IMG/VR virus record: IMGVR_UViG_3300032261_000011
Coordinates: 1 to 48,886 of that record
DNA: 48,886 nt
Source: a virus
Lineage: Duplodnaviria; Caudoviricetes
Direction: 5' to 3' (one strand)
Shown here: piece by piece, positions 25,678-34,026 of the stretch
Layout: every line of letters starts with the position of its first letter
How positions within the stretch are numbered: the first letter of the stretch is position 1
Position numbers and translations under genes: made by a program
The notes under the pieces: generated by a model
Databases searched by the model: none
What the model was told of the DNA's origin: nothing
The model's input: the letters and a program-made list of their open reading frames with translations, nothing else

Positions 25678-26218
25678 CGAAGAATACTTGGAGCAACTGC
25701 GGAAGGACAATATTCCTTTCCATCTTTACTTGCTCAAGGCATTCTTCTTTAAGCCCATTCGGACATTCTTCATTCCGTTTGGTGCAGGAATCTCTGAAGA
25801 TGGTCAACGTGTCTATATCAGCCGTGACCTTCAAACCAATATTCAAGGAGTGGAGTGTGAAAGTGCGCTCGTCAGACATGAAACGACCGAATGGGGATTG
25901 CGGTTTTTCTGCCAAATCGGCGAAGACTATCTCACCGACCCAACAGGTCATCGGTTGGCTAATCGTGCTGAGCACGATCGGATCGTTCAGCTTCTTGATA
26001 CTCCTGACGCTTGGTTTACTTACACGACTATTATAGACAACCAAATCATCAGGGAGGAAAGGACAGACCTAAAGGACAAGCCACTTCCAAGGGACTTAGC
26101 TCGTTACCCTTACGAAGACGCTGAATGGGACAAGATCGAGGAAGCAATGTACAACGAGTATTCGATTGAAGAATGGGACAGGTTAGGAGTATCAAATGCA
26201 CAAGAAAATCCTATCTAA
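25643..26218 (+). CDS. Putative metal-binding (HExxE...H) protein (191 aa)
   Basis: LVRHETTEW...GHRLANRAEH; GAGG SD. Confidence 0.65.
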   Translation: MSAGDIDDVVGDEEYLEQLRKDNIPFHLYLLKAFFFKPIRTFFIPFGAGISEDGQRVYISRDLQTNIQGVECESALVRHETTEWGLRFFCQIGEDYLTDPTGHRLANRAEHDRIVQLLDTPDAWFTYTTIIDNQIIREERTDLKDKPLPRDLARYPYEDAEWDKIEEAMYNEYSIEEWDRLGVSNAQENPI

Positions 26219-26681
26219 GAAAGAAGTCTTTGAGGCAGGCAAGTTCGTTGAAACCATCTGTCGCTTGGATGGAGATGGCTTTGCCGCTTATGACGATGGC
26301 TGGAGCGATCAGAAGGTAGCCGACAAGTTCGGTGTTACCCTCACCAACATCCAAGACCTTCGCAGGCAGATCATTGGCAATGCTCGTTTCAAAGGGTCAG
26401 GTGGCATCCCTAAGACCGACCAATTATCAAATGCGGTTGGGCTTCTGGAAGCGAGAATCGTTAGCATGGATGAAAGGTTAAGCAATATTCTGTTGGACCT
26501 TGAAGTTCGAGTTAATCGTCTTGAACGGTGTGAGAATGACCAATCGCTCAAGGCAATCCACGGCCGACTCAATGGCATCATTCCCAGAATTGTTAAGATG
26601 GAGAAATGGATCGAAGAGGAAGAAAGAGCAGACATGGAACCGTATCTAACGAAAGGTCAAGGCAATGCTGAACGAACCTAA
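26196..26681 (+). CDS. Putative HTH plus coiled-coil protein
   Basis: WSDQKVADKFGVTLTNIQDLRR then heptads; AGGAG SD. Confidence 0.65.
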   Translation: MHKKILSKKEVFEAGKFVETICRLDGDGFAAYDDGWSDQKVADKFGVTLTNIQDLRRQIIGNARFKGSGGIPKTDQLSNAVGLLEARIVSMDERLSNILLDLEVRVNRLERCENDQSLKAIHGRLNGIIPRIVKMEKWIEEEERADMEPYLTKGQGNAERT

Positions 26682-28197
26682 ATTAGAAGCGACTGACGAG
26701 CAAGTCAGAATCAAGGAGATAATCGACAACACAAACGACAACCTCCTTATCAACGCTTATGCCGGTTCAGGCAAGACCACCACGTTGAAGATGGCTATGC
26801 CTGACGAGCCATCCCTCTATCTTGCCTTTAATAAGCGCATTGTTGAAGATGCTGAGTTAGAGCGGAAGGAAGTTGCCAAAACCGGCGAAGGCACCTGCTT
26901 TGCTAAGAACGTTGACATTCGGACTCTCAATTCTCTTGGACATCGTGTTTGGGGTACTACCGTTGGCAAGGCTATAATCCTCAGCAGAAACGGCAGACCT
27001 TGCAAAATGCAGGACATCTTCAGTGCTACTGTCAATCAACTTGAAGGAGATGATAAGAAAGAAGCAAGAGATTCCTACTTTGAAGTTATGGATGCTATCT
27101 CAAAGGCCAAGGCACTAGGTTATATTCCAGAAGGAAAATACGAAAATGGCGATCACACGCTTATCGACAAGGAAACGTTCCACAAGAGGCTCGATGAAAA
27201 GCCAACGGCGTTTATCTCATGGCTCGTCGATGATATCCTCTGCACATCAATCAAAGTTGCTTATGAAGGGGGGCTTGATTTTAACGATCAAGTATACATG
27301 CCCGGTCTGTTCGGGGGTGCATTTCCTCGATATCCCTTTATCGGTGTCGATGAAGCCCAAGATCTTAACCCCGTTAACCATGCGCTGCTCCACCGACTCG
27401 TCACCGATAGGGTCAGTGCTGTTGGGGACCGTTGGCAAAGCATTTACGCTTTTCGGGGTGCTGTCACCGACGGTATGGACAGGCTCAGAGACAAGTTCTC
27501 GATGGTCGAGGCCGACCTCTCTGTCTCTTTCAGATGCCCTAGGGCCATCGTTGAGGCCGCTCGATTCAGAGCACCAAAGCTAAAGTGGGTGAAAGATGGT
27601 GGAGAAATCCAAGTTCTGCGGAGCCTGTCACCGAGAGATTTCTTGGACGGAGTTGACGATAAAGGAAAGCAGCTTTCAGCAATCATCTGTCGAAATAACG
27701 CTCCCTTATTTCGGCTCGCTTTCTCCTTGCTTCGGGAAGGCAGATCAGTGTCGGTTGCTGGAAGTGATCTTGGACCACGAATCCTCAACATCCTTAAAAA
27801 GATGGGTGACGACGACATGCCTAAAGCTAGTGTCATCGCCGCTATCGAAGACTGGCGCGACAATAAGCTCTCCACGTCCCAAGCGCCGCAGTCGATAAAC
27901 GACATGGCCGATTGCATGAGGATCTTTGCTGAACAAGGCAGCAAACTTTGTCACGCCGTCGCTTACGTTCAACATCTCTTCTCGCAGAAGGGCACTCTCT
28001 ACTTGACCACAGGACATAAGGCGAAAGGTCTTGAGTGGGACTATGTTTACCATCTCGATCCTAACCTCATTGGTGAGCAAGAAGAGCAAGAGCTAAACCT
28101 GCGTTACGTCATCATCACCAGAGCGAAGAAGTCGCTCTTTGAAATCTCTTCAAAGGAGTTGTCATGGATCAGAAAGGACGATGACTCATGGGCATAA
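26665..28197 (+). CDS. UvrD/Rep-like superfamily 1 helicase
   Basis: AYAGSGKTT, VDEAQD, VGDRWQSIYAFRG, SFRCP, TGHKAKGLEW, YVIITRAK. Confidence 0.93.
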   Translation: MLNEPKLEATDEQVRIKEIIDNTNDNLLINAYAGSGKTTTLKMAMPDEPSLYLAFNKRIVEDAELERKEVAKTGEGTCFAKNVDIRTLNSLGHRVWGTTVGKAIILSRNGRPCKMQDIFSATVNQLEGDDKKEARDSYFEVMDAISKAKALGYIPEGKYENGDHTLIDKETFHKRLDEKPTAFISWLVDDILCTSIKVAYEGGLDFNDQVYMPGLFGGAFPRYPFIGVDEAQDLNPVNHALLHRLVTDRVSAVGDRWQSIYAFRGAVTDGMDRLRDKFSMVEADLSVSFRCPRAIVEAARFRAPKLKWVKDGGEIQVLRSLSPRDFLDGVDDKGKQLSAIICRNNAPLFRLAFSLLREGRSVSVAGSDLGPRILNILKKMGDDDMPKASVIAAIEDWRDNKLSTSQAPQSINDMADCMRIFAEQGSKLCHAVAYVQHLFSQKGTLYLTTGHKAKGLEWDYVYHLDPNLIGEQEEQELNLRYVIITRAKKSLFEISSKELSWIRKDDDSWA

Positions 28198-28598
28198 GCA
28201 CTTCTCGACTAGCCTTCCACGATTGCTATGATCTTCTCGATCAAGCAATTGCGGATGATCGAGGGATTCGCGTCAAGCTGGAGAGTCAAGGTTCAGCCAC
28301 GCAATTCAGAATGCGCCTTAATCAAGCCCGACGACTGGACCGTCAGGACAATAAGGAAGCTCTGCCCGAAGATCATCCAATGCACGGAAGGTCCGAATAC
28401 GACAAGCTAACCATTAGGCTTTTCACCGACGACGAAGGCTCCTGGATTCACATTGAGCGGTTGGACACTCGTACCTCTGAGGTTGAGAGTTTGGCCGCTT
28501 GGGAAGCTGCCAAGCGTAAGGAGGCAGTTGCTGACAGTGAACCGACTCCAGGGCTTCGTTCTCAAAGTGGAGTTAGCCTTATTAGAAGGAGGGTCTAA
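28188..28598 (+). CDS. Hypothetical protein (136 aa)
   Basis: Operon packing. Confidence 0.7.
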   Translation: MGISTSRLAFHDCYDLLDQAIADDRGIRVKLESQGSATQFRMRLNQARRLDRQDNKEALPEDHPMHGRSEYDKLTIRLFTDDEGSWIHIERLDTRTSEVESLAAWEAAKRKEAVADSEPTPGLRSQSGVSLIRRRV

Positions 28599-28759
28599 TG
28601 CCAACCGATGATCCTTTGACCGCAATCATGGAGCGTCTTAAGGAGAAAGCTAAAAAGAATCGGGAGGAACGCGGTGAAGAAGATAAACGCCCTGCCAAAC
28701 CTAAGCCTCGTAAAGCTGTGGCTAAAAGCAAAAGAGAGCCCAAACGGACTGTCCATTAA
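28598..28759 (+). CDS. Small basic protein (53 aa)
   Basis: Hand-translated MPTDDPLTAIMERLKEK...; AGGAGG SD; TAATG coupling. Confidence 0.5.
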   Translation: MPTDDPLTAIMERLKEKAKKNREERGEEDKRPAKPKPRKAVAKSKREPKRTVH

Positions 28760-28898
28760 ATCCGCTGACCCACATTATCTTAGGGCGAAGCTTTATGACG
28801 CAAGACCACTTGACATGGAGGATATGGTTCTCAGCGTCCTTGAAGGGAGAGTGTTAATCAGACATGCCAGACGAGCCGTTGACCAAGGTCACTCTTAA
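28674..28898 (+). CDS. Hypothetical protein (74 aa)
   Basis: GGAGG SD before GTG. Confidence 0.55.
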   Translation: MKKINALPNLSLVKLWLKAKESPNGLSIKSADPHYLRAKLYDARPLDMEDMVLSVLEGRVLIRHARRAVDQGHS

Positions 28899-29028
28899 CC
28901 TCTACACCAAAGATGTAGAGTTTCTATCCCGTCGCTTTGAGTATGGTTGGTCAGTTGCAATTCGAGATGAGGTACGCAAGATGTGCAATCGGTTAAGGAA
29001 AGGCGAAACGAATGAGCACAATGGATGA
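28864..29028 (+). CDS. Ribbon-helix-helix-like small protein (54 aa)
   Basis: Hand-translated MPDEPLTKVTLNLYTKDVEFL...WSVAIRDEVRK: alternating strand followed by two helices. Confidence 0.5.
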   Translation: MPDEPLTKVTLNLYTKDVEFLSRRFEYGWSVAIRDEVRKMCNRLRKGETNEHNG

Positions 29029-29257
29029 ACTGCTCCAACGAATGAAAGAAGACGCAACTCTGTTTGTGTCTCTTCCATCCAATGTTGACGCCCTTATCGC
29101 TGGCATTCGGGCAGAAAGGGAGAAAGGAAAGCCATCCAAAGTTACTGAATCCTCTCCCATTGGACTTGAAGAATTGAAGGCAAGGCTTTTCGGTTCTCTC
29201 CCAACTGTCGAGAAGCCAGAGCCACCAAAGACTCCAGGACTACGGAGGCGAGTATGA
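29012..29257 (+). CDS. Hypothetical protein (81 aa)
   Basis: AAAGG SD; operon packing. Confidence 0.65.
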   Translation: MSTMDELLQRMKEDATLFVSLPSNVDALIAGIRAEREKGKPSKVTESSPIGLEELKARLFGSLPTVEKPEPPKTPGLRRRV

Positions 29258-29592
29258 CAAACGACCGTCAACTTCCAGCAATAGATGAAGATGCATTCAG
29301 TAGGGCCATTGCTGACATTGCCAATACGGTTAAGCCCCAGAGATCATCGAGGCCGCCAGAGCTATTCGTTAGCATTGGAAAGAAGCTAGGGGAAACCCTC
29401 ATTCACTCGGCTGAAGAGCAAGTCAAGACCGCGCAAGAAAACCTTGTACGAGTCAAAGACTTTGCTGAACGATTGGAAAAGGAGATAGATCGCCGCGACC
29501 AAGAGCATTCTAACTTTATGGACCGTCTTGTCAACTTTGGCAGATCAATCCTAGACGCAAACCAAAAGTTCTATGATGGGAGTACGAAATGA
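29254..29592 (+). CDS. Hypothetical coiled-coil protein (112 aa)
   Basis: ATGA couplings; GGAGG SD. Confidence 0.7.
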   Translation: MTNDRQLPAIDEDAFSRAIADIANTVKPQRSSRPPELFVSIGKKLGETLIHSAEEQVKTAQENLVRVKDFAERLEKEIDRRDQEHSNFMDRLVNFGRSILDANQKFYDGSTK

Positions 29593-30578
29593 CTCCAAAC
29601 CTTCGAGTTGTCCATGCTGAAGAAGTTGAGCCAGATATCCCAAGTCCGTTCATTCCAGGCACCAACATTCAATTCGCCTGGGATTCAACCAGCCTGGACT
29701 GGCTCAAACGCTGTCCCAGGCTTTATCAACTCAATAACGAAGGGTGGGTTCCTGAAGAAGAATCCATCCACCTTCGCTTTGGCATTGAGTATCATCAATC
29801 CCTTCACGATTACGATATCGCGAAGGCGGCAGGCATCAAGCACGAGGACGCTATCTATGACGTGATCCGAGAGCTTATCCTTCGAACTGATGACTTTAAT
29901 CCGGACCATAAACAGAAGAATCGTTACAATCTAATCAGAACGGTTCTAGGATATCTGGATAAGTTCAATCCAGATCCGGCTGTAACTGTTATCAGATCGG
30001 ATGGAACTCCTGCGGTTGAGGTTAGCTTCCAGTTCAACTTGGACTTTGGTATCGAAATCACCCAGACCAACCCTAAGACTGGAGAGGACGAACCTGCCTA
30101 TCACCCATATGTCCTTTGCGGTCATCTCGATCGGATTGTTGAGTTCAATGGCGATATGTACGTGATGGATCGTAAGACAACCAGTAGCACTCCCGGTCCA
30201 TTCTATTTCAACCAATTTGAACCCAACAACCAAATGTCCCTGTATACTATCGCCTCGCAGATAACAATGGACTCTCCGGTTAAGGGCGTCATCATTGATG
30301 CAGCATCGGTTAAGGTCAATGAATCTGACTATGTTCGCGGCTTCACCTACCGAAGCCAAGAGCAACTGGACGAATGGCTTAAAGATCTTCGGTATTGGTT
30401 CGCCAAAGCGGAGGACTACGCGGCTGAAGGTTATTGGCCAATGAACGATACAGCCTGCGATAAGTATGGTGGTTGTAAGTTCCGAGAAATCTGTTCCAAG
30501 TCCCCACAAGTTCGGGACTCTTGGCTCAAAGCCAAATTCAAGAAAGGAGAACAATGGAACCCCTTAAAGACCAGATGA
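29589..30578 (+). CDS. PD-(D/E)XK nuclease (Cas4/RecB-like)
   Basis: CPRLY, FGIEYH, GHLDRIV, MDRKTT, QMSLY, C-terminal C..YGGC.FREIC. Confidence 0.88.
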   Translation: MTPNLRVVHAEEVEPDIPSPFIPGTNIQFAWDSTSLDWLKRCPRLYQLNNEGWVPEEESIHLRFGIEYHQSLHDYDIAKAAGIKHEDAIYDVIRELILRTDDFNPDHKQKNRYNLIRTVLGYLDKFNPDPAVTVIRSDGTPAVEVSFQFNLDFGIEITQTNPKTGEDEPAYHPYVLCGHLDRIVEFNGDMYVMDRKTTSSTPGPFYFNQFEPNNQMSLYTIASQITMDSPVKGVIIDAASVKVNESDYVRGFTYRSQEQLDEWLKDLRYWFAKAEDYAAEGYWPMNDTACDKYGGCKFREICSKSPQVRDSWLKAKFKKGEQWNPLKTR

Positions 30579-30769
30579 GAGCAATTCTTCCCTTGCTCAA
30601 GGCGAGGGTTGTAGAGAAAACGCCAGATCACTTCAAGATCGCTATTGGAGGAAGCACGACTATAACTGTTCCCATGCCAATCGGAAGATATGATATCCGA
30701 GATGGCGACATCTTAACACTTTACACGGAGGTGCTCCTTGCCGCTCCTAAGCCAACATCAATCCAATGA
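30575..30769 (+). CDS. Hypothetical protein (64 aa)
   Basis: ATGA overlap with the nuclease stop. Confidence 0.55.
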   Translation: MRAILPLLKARVVEKTPDHFKIAIGGSTTITVPMPIGRYDIRDGDILTLYTEVLLAAPKPTSIQ

Positions 30770-31592
30770 ATACACCAAGATGTTGATTATGGGTGATTCC
30801 GGTTCAGGCAAAACTGGAGGGCTCACATCCTTGGTCAAGGCAGGATACAAGTTGAGGATATCTGATTATGATAACGGCCTTGAGCCGTTAAAGCAGTTTA
30901 TCCTCAAAGAATGCCCGGAGAGAATAGATGATGTCGAATACAGAACTCTCAGAGATAAGAGAAAGGCTACTCCGCTTGGTCCCCTTGTTGATGGGCAACC
31001 TACAGCGTTCGTGGAAGGACGCAGAATGCTCGACAAGTGGGCCTATAATCTCCCCGACGGAACTAAAGTTGACTATGGAGTACCGTCTGAATGGGGACCA
31101 GATGTTATATTCGTGCTCGATTCTCTTACCTTCTTCGCAACTGCTGCCTACGATTGGGCTTTGCCCCTCGTCCCTCGTAGCAGGTCAACAGGAGAGTATG
31201 ATAAGCGAGCCGTCTATTGGAATGCTCAAGGCGCTGTCGAAGATGCTATTTCGTTCGTCACATCAGAGTCATTCCGAACCAACGTAATCATCATTGCTCA
31301 CATTCGATACGTTGAGAATGATGATAGAACTCGCAAGGGCTACCCCAATACAATCGGAGCGGCCCTTTCGCCATTGATTCCACGGTACTTCAATTCCGTG
31401 GCATTATGTCAAACCAGAACAGGAGGAAACCGAACAATCCAAACACTTTCCACTTCCATGATCGACCTGAAGAATCCAAAGCCCTTTGCAATGGCCCCAA
31501 GCTATGATCTTTCTACTGGCCTTGCTGAGTTCTTCTCGGTTCTTCGGGAACCGCCTGCAAAGATCAAACCCACCATAGTGAGAAAGGTGTAA
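30738..31592 (+). CDS. AAA_24/Sak4-like ATPase (putative recombinase)
   Basis: GDSGSGKT, DYDNG, VLDSLT, IIIAH; lies between the nuclease and SSB-like genes. Confidence 0.82.
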   Translation: MPLLSQHQSNEYTKMLIMGDSGSGKTGGLTSLVKAGYKLRISDYDNGLEPLKQFILKECPERIDDVEYRTLRDKRKATPLGPLVDGQPTAFVEGRRMLDKWAYNLPDGTKVDYGVPSEWGPDVIFVLDSLTFFATAAYDWALPLVPRSRSTGEYDKRAVYWNAQGAVEDAISFVTSESFRTNVIIIAHIRYVENDDRTRKGYPNTIGAALSPLIPRYFNSVALCQTRTGGNRTIQTLSTSMIDLKNPKPFAMAPSYDLSTGLAEFFSVLREPPAKIKPTIVRKV

Positions 31593-31593
31593 C

Positions 31594-32109
31594 ATGGCAA
31601 TTCAACCACGCAGACCACAAACAGAACCTCAGTACGACGAGAACCTCGAAGAAGAAATGCCAGAGTTCTCTGCACTTCTCGATGTACCGCTTAAGGACAT
31701 CGAGAGGCCAAAGCCAATTCCTGTTGGCACCTATACCGTTATAATGACAGAAATGCCGAAGCAAGGCAAATACAGCACGGGGACTCCTTTCCTTCGATTT
31801 GTTCTCCATGTTGTCGCCGCTGGTCCTGATGTCCATGAACAATCTCTTCTTAATAGCCTAACAAAGCCATCAGGCGAAACCGTCCCTCTTTCTTCCAAGG
31901 TCATCTATCAGAACTTTGGACTGACAGAAGATGCTATGCCGTTCCTGAAGGATTTCTTGGTTGGAACTGGAATCAAAGGTAAATCGTCCAACGAAATCAT
32001 CGGGAACCTTCTCAACCAAGAGTTCAAGGTTTACGTCATCCACGACGTACCGAGAACCGGCGGTAGCGATCGAATCTTCCCTAAAGTCCAACGGTCAATG
32101 CCTGCCTAA
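31594..32109 (+). CDS. DUF669-like single-stranded DNA-binding protein
   Basis: PKPIPVGTYTV...FLRFVL...FLKDFL pattern; follows the Sak4-like ATPase. Confidence 0.65.
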   Translation: MAIQPRRPQTEPQYDENLEEEMPEFSALLDVPLKDIERPKPIPVGTYTVIMTEMPKQGKYSTGTPFLRFVLHVVAAGPDVHEQSLLNSLTKPSGETVPLSSKVIYQNFGLTEDAMPFLKDFLVGTGIKGKSSNEIIGNLLNQEFKVYVIHDVPRTGGSDRIFPKVQRSMPA

Positions 32110-32114
32110 CGCCT

Positions 32115-32197
32115 TTCCTTGACGGAGGGAACTGCAGAATCCCCTCTCCGCTACCGTCAAGGGAACGTCCTGGGCAAGACGTTAAACTGCCCTGGAG
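32115..32197 (+). other. Two intergenic stem-loops upstream of the UDG-exonuclease gene
   Basis: TTCCTTGACGG...CCGTCAAGGGAA and TGGGCA-AGACGTTAAAC-TGCCTG, the second abutting the GGAGG SD. Confidence 0.55.
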
Positions 32198-32202
32198 GGT
32201 CT

Positions 32203-33219
32203 ATGAATAAGATAATGCTTCTTGGTGAAGCATGGGGAGAGCATGAAGAACGGGAGAGAACAGCTTTCGTTGGCCCAACCGGCCACTTGCTTAACGAGAT
32301 GCTCCTTGAAGTAGGCATCCACCCGTCTGAATGCTACAAGACCAATGTGTTTAATCGTCGACCGCCCCGAAACCTTATCTCCGCGTTCTGTGGGGATAAG
32401 GCTTCTGGGATTGATGGCTACCCTGCGCTTCAATCTGGAAAGTATGTCCGAAACGAATTCGAGCCAGAATTTGTCCGACTCACTAAGGAACTCAATGCGG
32501 TTGCTCCAAACGTTATCGTTGCGTTTGGGAACACTGCGACATGGGCTTTGCTTGGCAAACCGAACATAGGGGCAATGCGTGGCTTCACCTATCATTCAAC
32601 GCACCTTGTCGTTGGCCTTAAGGTTCTGCCCACTTATCATCCCGCCGCCATCCTTCGGTTGTGGGAATACCGCCCTACCGTTCTAGCCGATCTGCATAAG
32701 GCTAAACGGGAATCCAAGTATCCAGATATCAAGCGTCCAAAGCGGGAAGTCTGGATTGAGCCAACCCTTGAAGATCTGGAGACTTTCTATGAGCGATATA
32801 TCGTCGGATGCTCACTCCTTTCTGTGGATATTGAGACAGCTGGAAGCCAAGTTACCTGCATTGGGTTCGCGCCGGGAGCCAGCGTTTCCCTCGTTATTCC
32901 ATTCTATGACTCACGAGCAAAAACTCGAAGCTATTGGCCTAATGAGCACTCTGAATCACAGGCTTGGCATTTTGTGCAACGAGTTCTTGCTACTGATGTC
33001 CCAAAGCTCTTCCAGAACGGACTCTACGACATAACCTTCCTGCTTAGATCTATGGGCATCAAGGTTCGCAATGCAAAGGAGGACACCATGCTTTTACACC
33101 ATGCTCTTCAGCCAGAATCGCTGAAGGGCTTGGGCTATCTTGGCTCGATCTATACCAACGAGCATAATTGGAAAATTATGCGGGATAGGGTTACCAAAAC
33201 TATCAAACGTGACGACTAG
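32203..33219 (+). CDS. Family-4 uracil-DNA glycosylase domain fused to the N-terminal part of a PolA 3'-5' exonuclease domain
   Basis: UDG: LLGEAWG..E....FVGPTG, TNVF..RPP, AFGNTA, TYHPAAILR. Exo I: SVDIET. Exo II: QNGLYD, then DTMLLHHAL. No Exo III motif. Confidence 0.9.
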   Translation: MNKIMLLGEAWGEHEERERTAFVGPTGHLLNEMLLEVGIHPSECYKTNVFNRRPPRNLISAFCGDKASGIDGYPALQSGKYVRNEFEPEFVRLTKELNAVAPNVIVAFGNTATWALLGKPNIGAMRGFTYHSTHLVVGLKVLPTYHPAAILRLWEYRPTVLADLHKAKRESKYPDIKRPKREVWIEPTLEDLETFYERYIVGCSLLSVDIETAGSQVTCIGFAPGASVSLVIPFYDSRAKTRSYWPNEHSESQAWHFVQRVLATDVPKLFQNGLYDITFLLRSMGIKVRNAKEDTMLLHHALQPESLKGLGYLGSIYTNEHNWKIMRDRVTKTIKRDD

Positions 33220-33232
33220 AAAGGCGAAAACC

Positions 33233-33517
33233 ATGCTTATGCAAAATCGGAAGACAGATCTGTTCCTCGCATTGATGGCCCATGTTAGTAATCCAGACGG
33301 CTTGACCGATTACGAACTGGCCGAAATATGCAAGCGTCAACTCAATAGCATCAATCGGCGACGAAGCGAACTTCGGGACTTAGGCTTTGTCCAAGAAACC
33401 AATCGGAAGGGAACCTCTCCCAATGGATCTCCACTCACCATTTGGAAAGTCACCAAACGCGGAGTGAAAGAGTTCCTCAAGCTTGATACACCCAATGGTG
33501 TCACGAGGCGTCGATGA
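33233..33517 (+). CDS. Winged-helix DNA-binding protein (94 aa)
   Basis: GLTDYELAE...SINRRRSELRDLGFV...SPNG...IW. Confidence 0.75.
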   Translation: MLMQNRKTDLFLALMAHVSNPDGLTDYELAEICKRQLNSINRRRSELRDLGFVQETNRKGTSPNGSPLTIWKVTKRGVKEFLKLDTPNGVTRRR

Positions 33518-34026
33518 ATCAAGTAATCAGAACTCTTGAAGTAATAACAACCGAAGCAAAAGTAGTCTACAATCGTCTTGATTGGAGGGATTACTACAAA
33601 TTTGGAGAACTTTTATTGGAAGCGCGACCCTTAGTTCCAAAAGGACAGTGGCTCAAGTATCTTGGAAAGAACTTTCCAGACTTTAGTCGACCTCAAGCCT
33701 ATCGCTATATGGAGCTAGCAAAAGACGAAACAAAAACCATGTCCCAGATAAACCATCCAAAACCCAAAGTATCGTTTCTCGCTGCGAGAAATATACTTAA
33801 TCCCAAAAAGGAGGCGCAGACTTTTAAAAGAGAAATCAATGTTCTTAAAAGAGAAAATGAGTCTCTATTTGAGAATCAAGCTAAATTTATTTTGAGTCGA
33901 ATATCTGCTCAAGCATATTTACACCCAAGCAAAGTTAACGAAAAGAAACGTTACTCATCTTGGTTACTAGCATTGGCTAATGCTTGGCTCAGGAAACACG
34001 ATAAATTCGTGGAAGCAGCAGAATGA
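33514..34026 (+). CDS. DUF3102-like protein
   Basis: GELLLEARPLVPKGQWLKYL..NF..SRPQAYRYMELA. Confidence 0.65.
   Translation: MNQVIRTLEVITTEAKVVYNRLDWRDYYKFGELLLEARPLVPKGQWLKYLGKNFPDFSRPQAYRYMELAKDETKTMSQINHPKPKVSFLAARNILNPKKEAQTFKREINVLKRENESLFENQAKFILSRISAQAYLHPSKVNEKKRYSSWLLALANAWLRKHDKFVEAAE

Noticed and set aside
33220-34022. Group I intron or intein interrupting polA
   Set aside because: The interval is filled by two coupled ORFs with no homing-endonuclease motif, no room for a ribozyme core and no intein termini.
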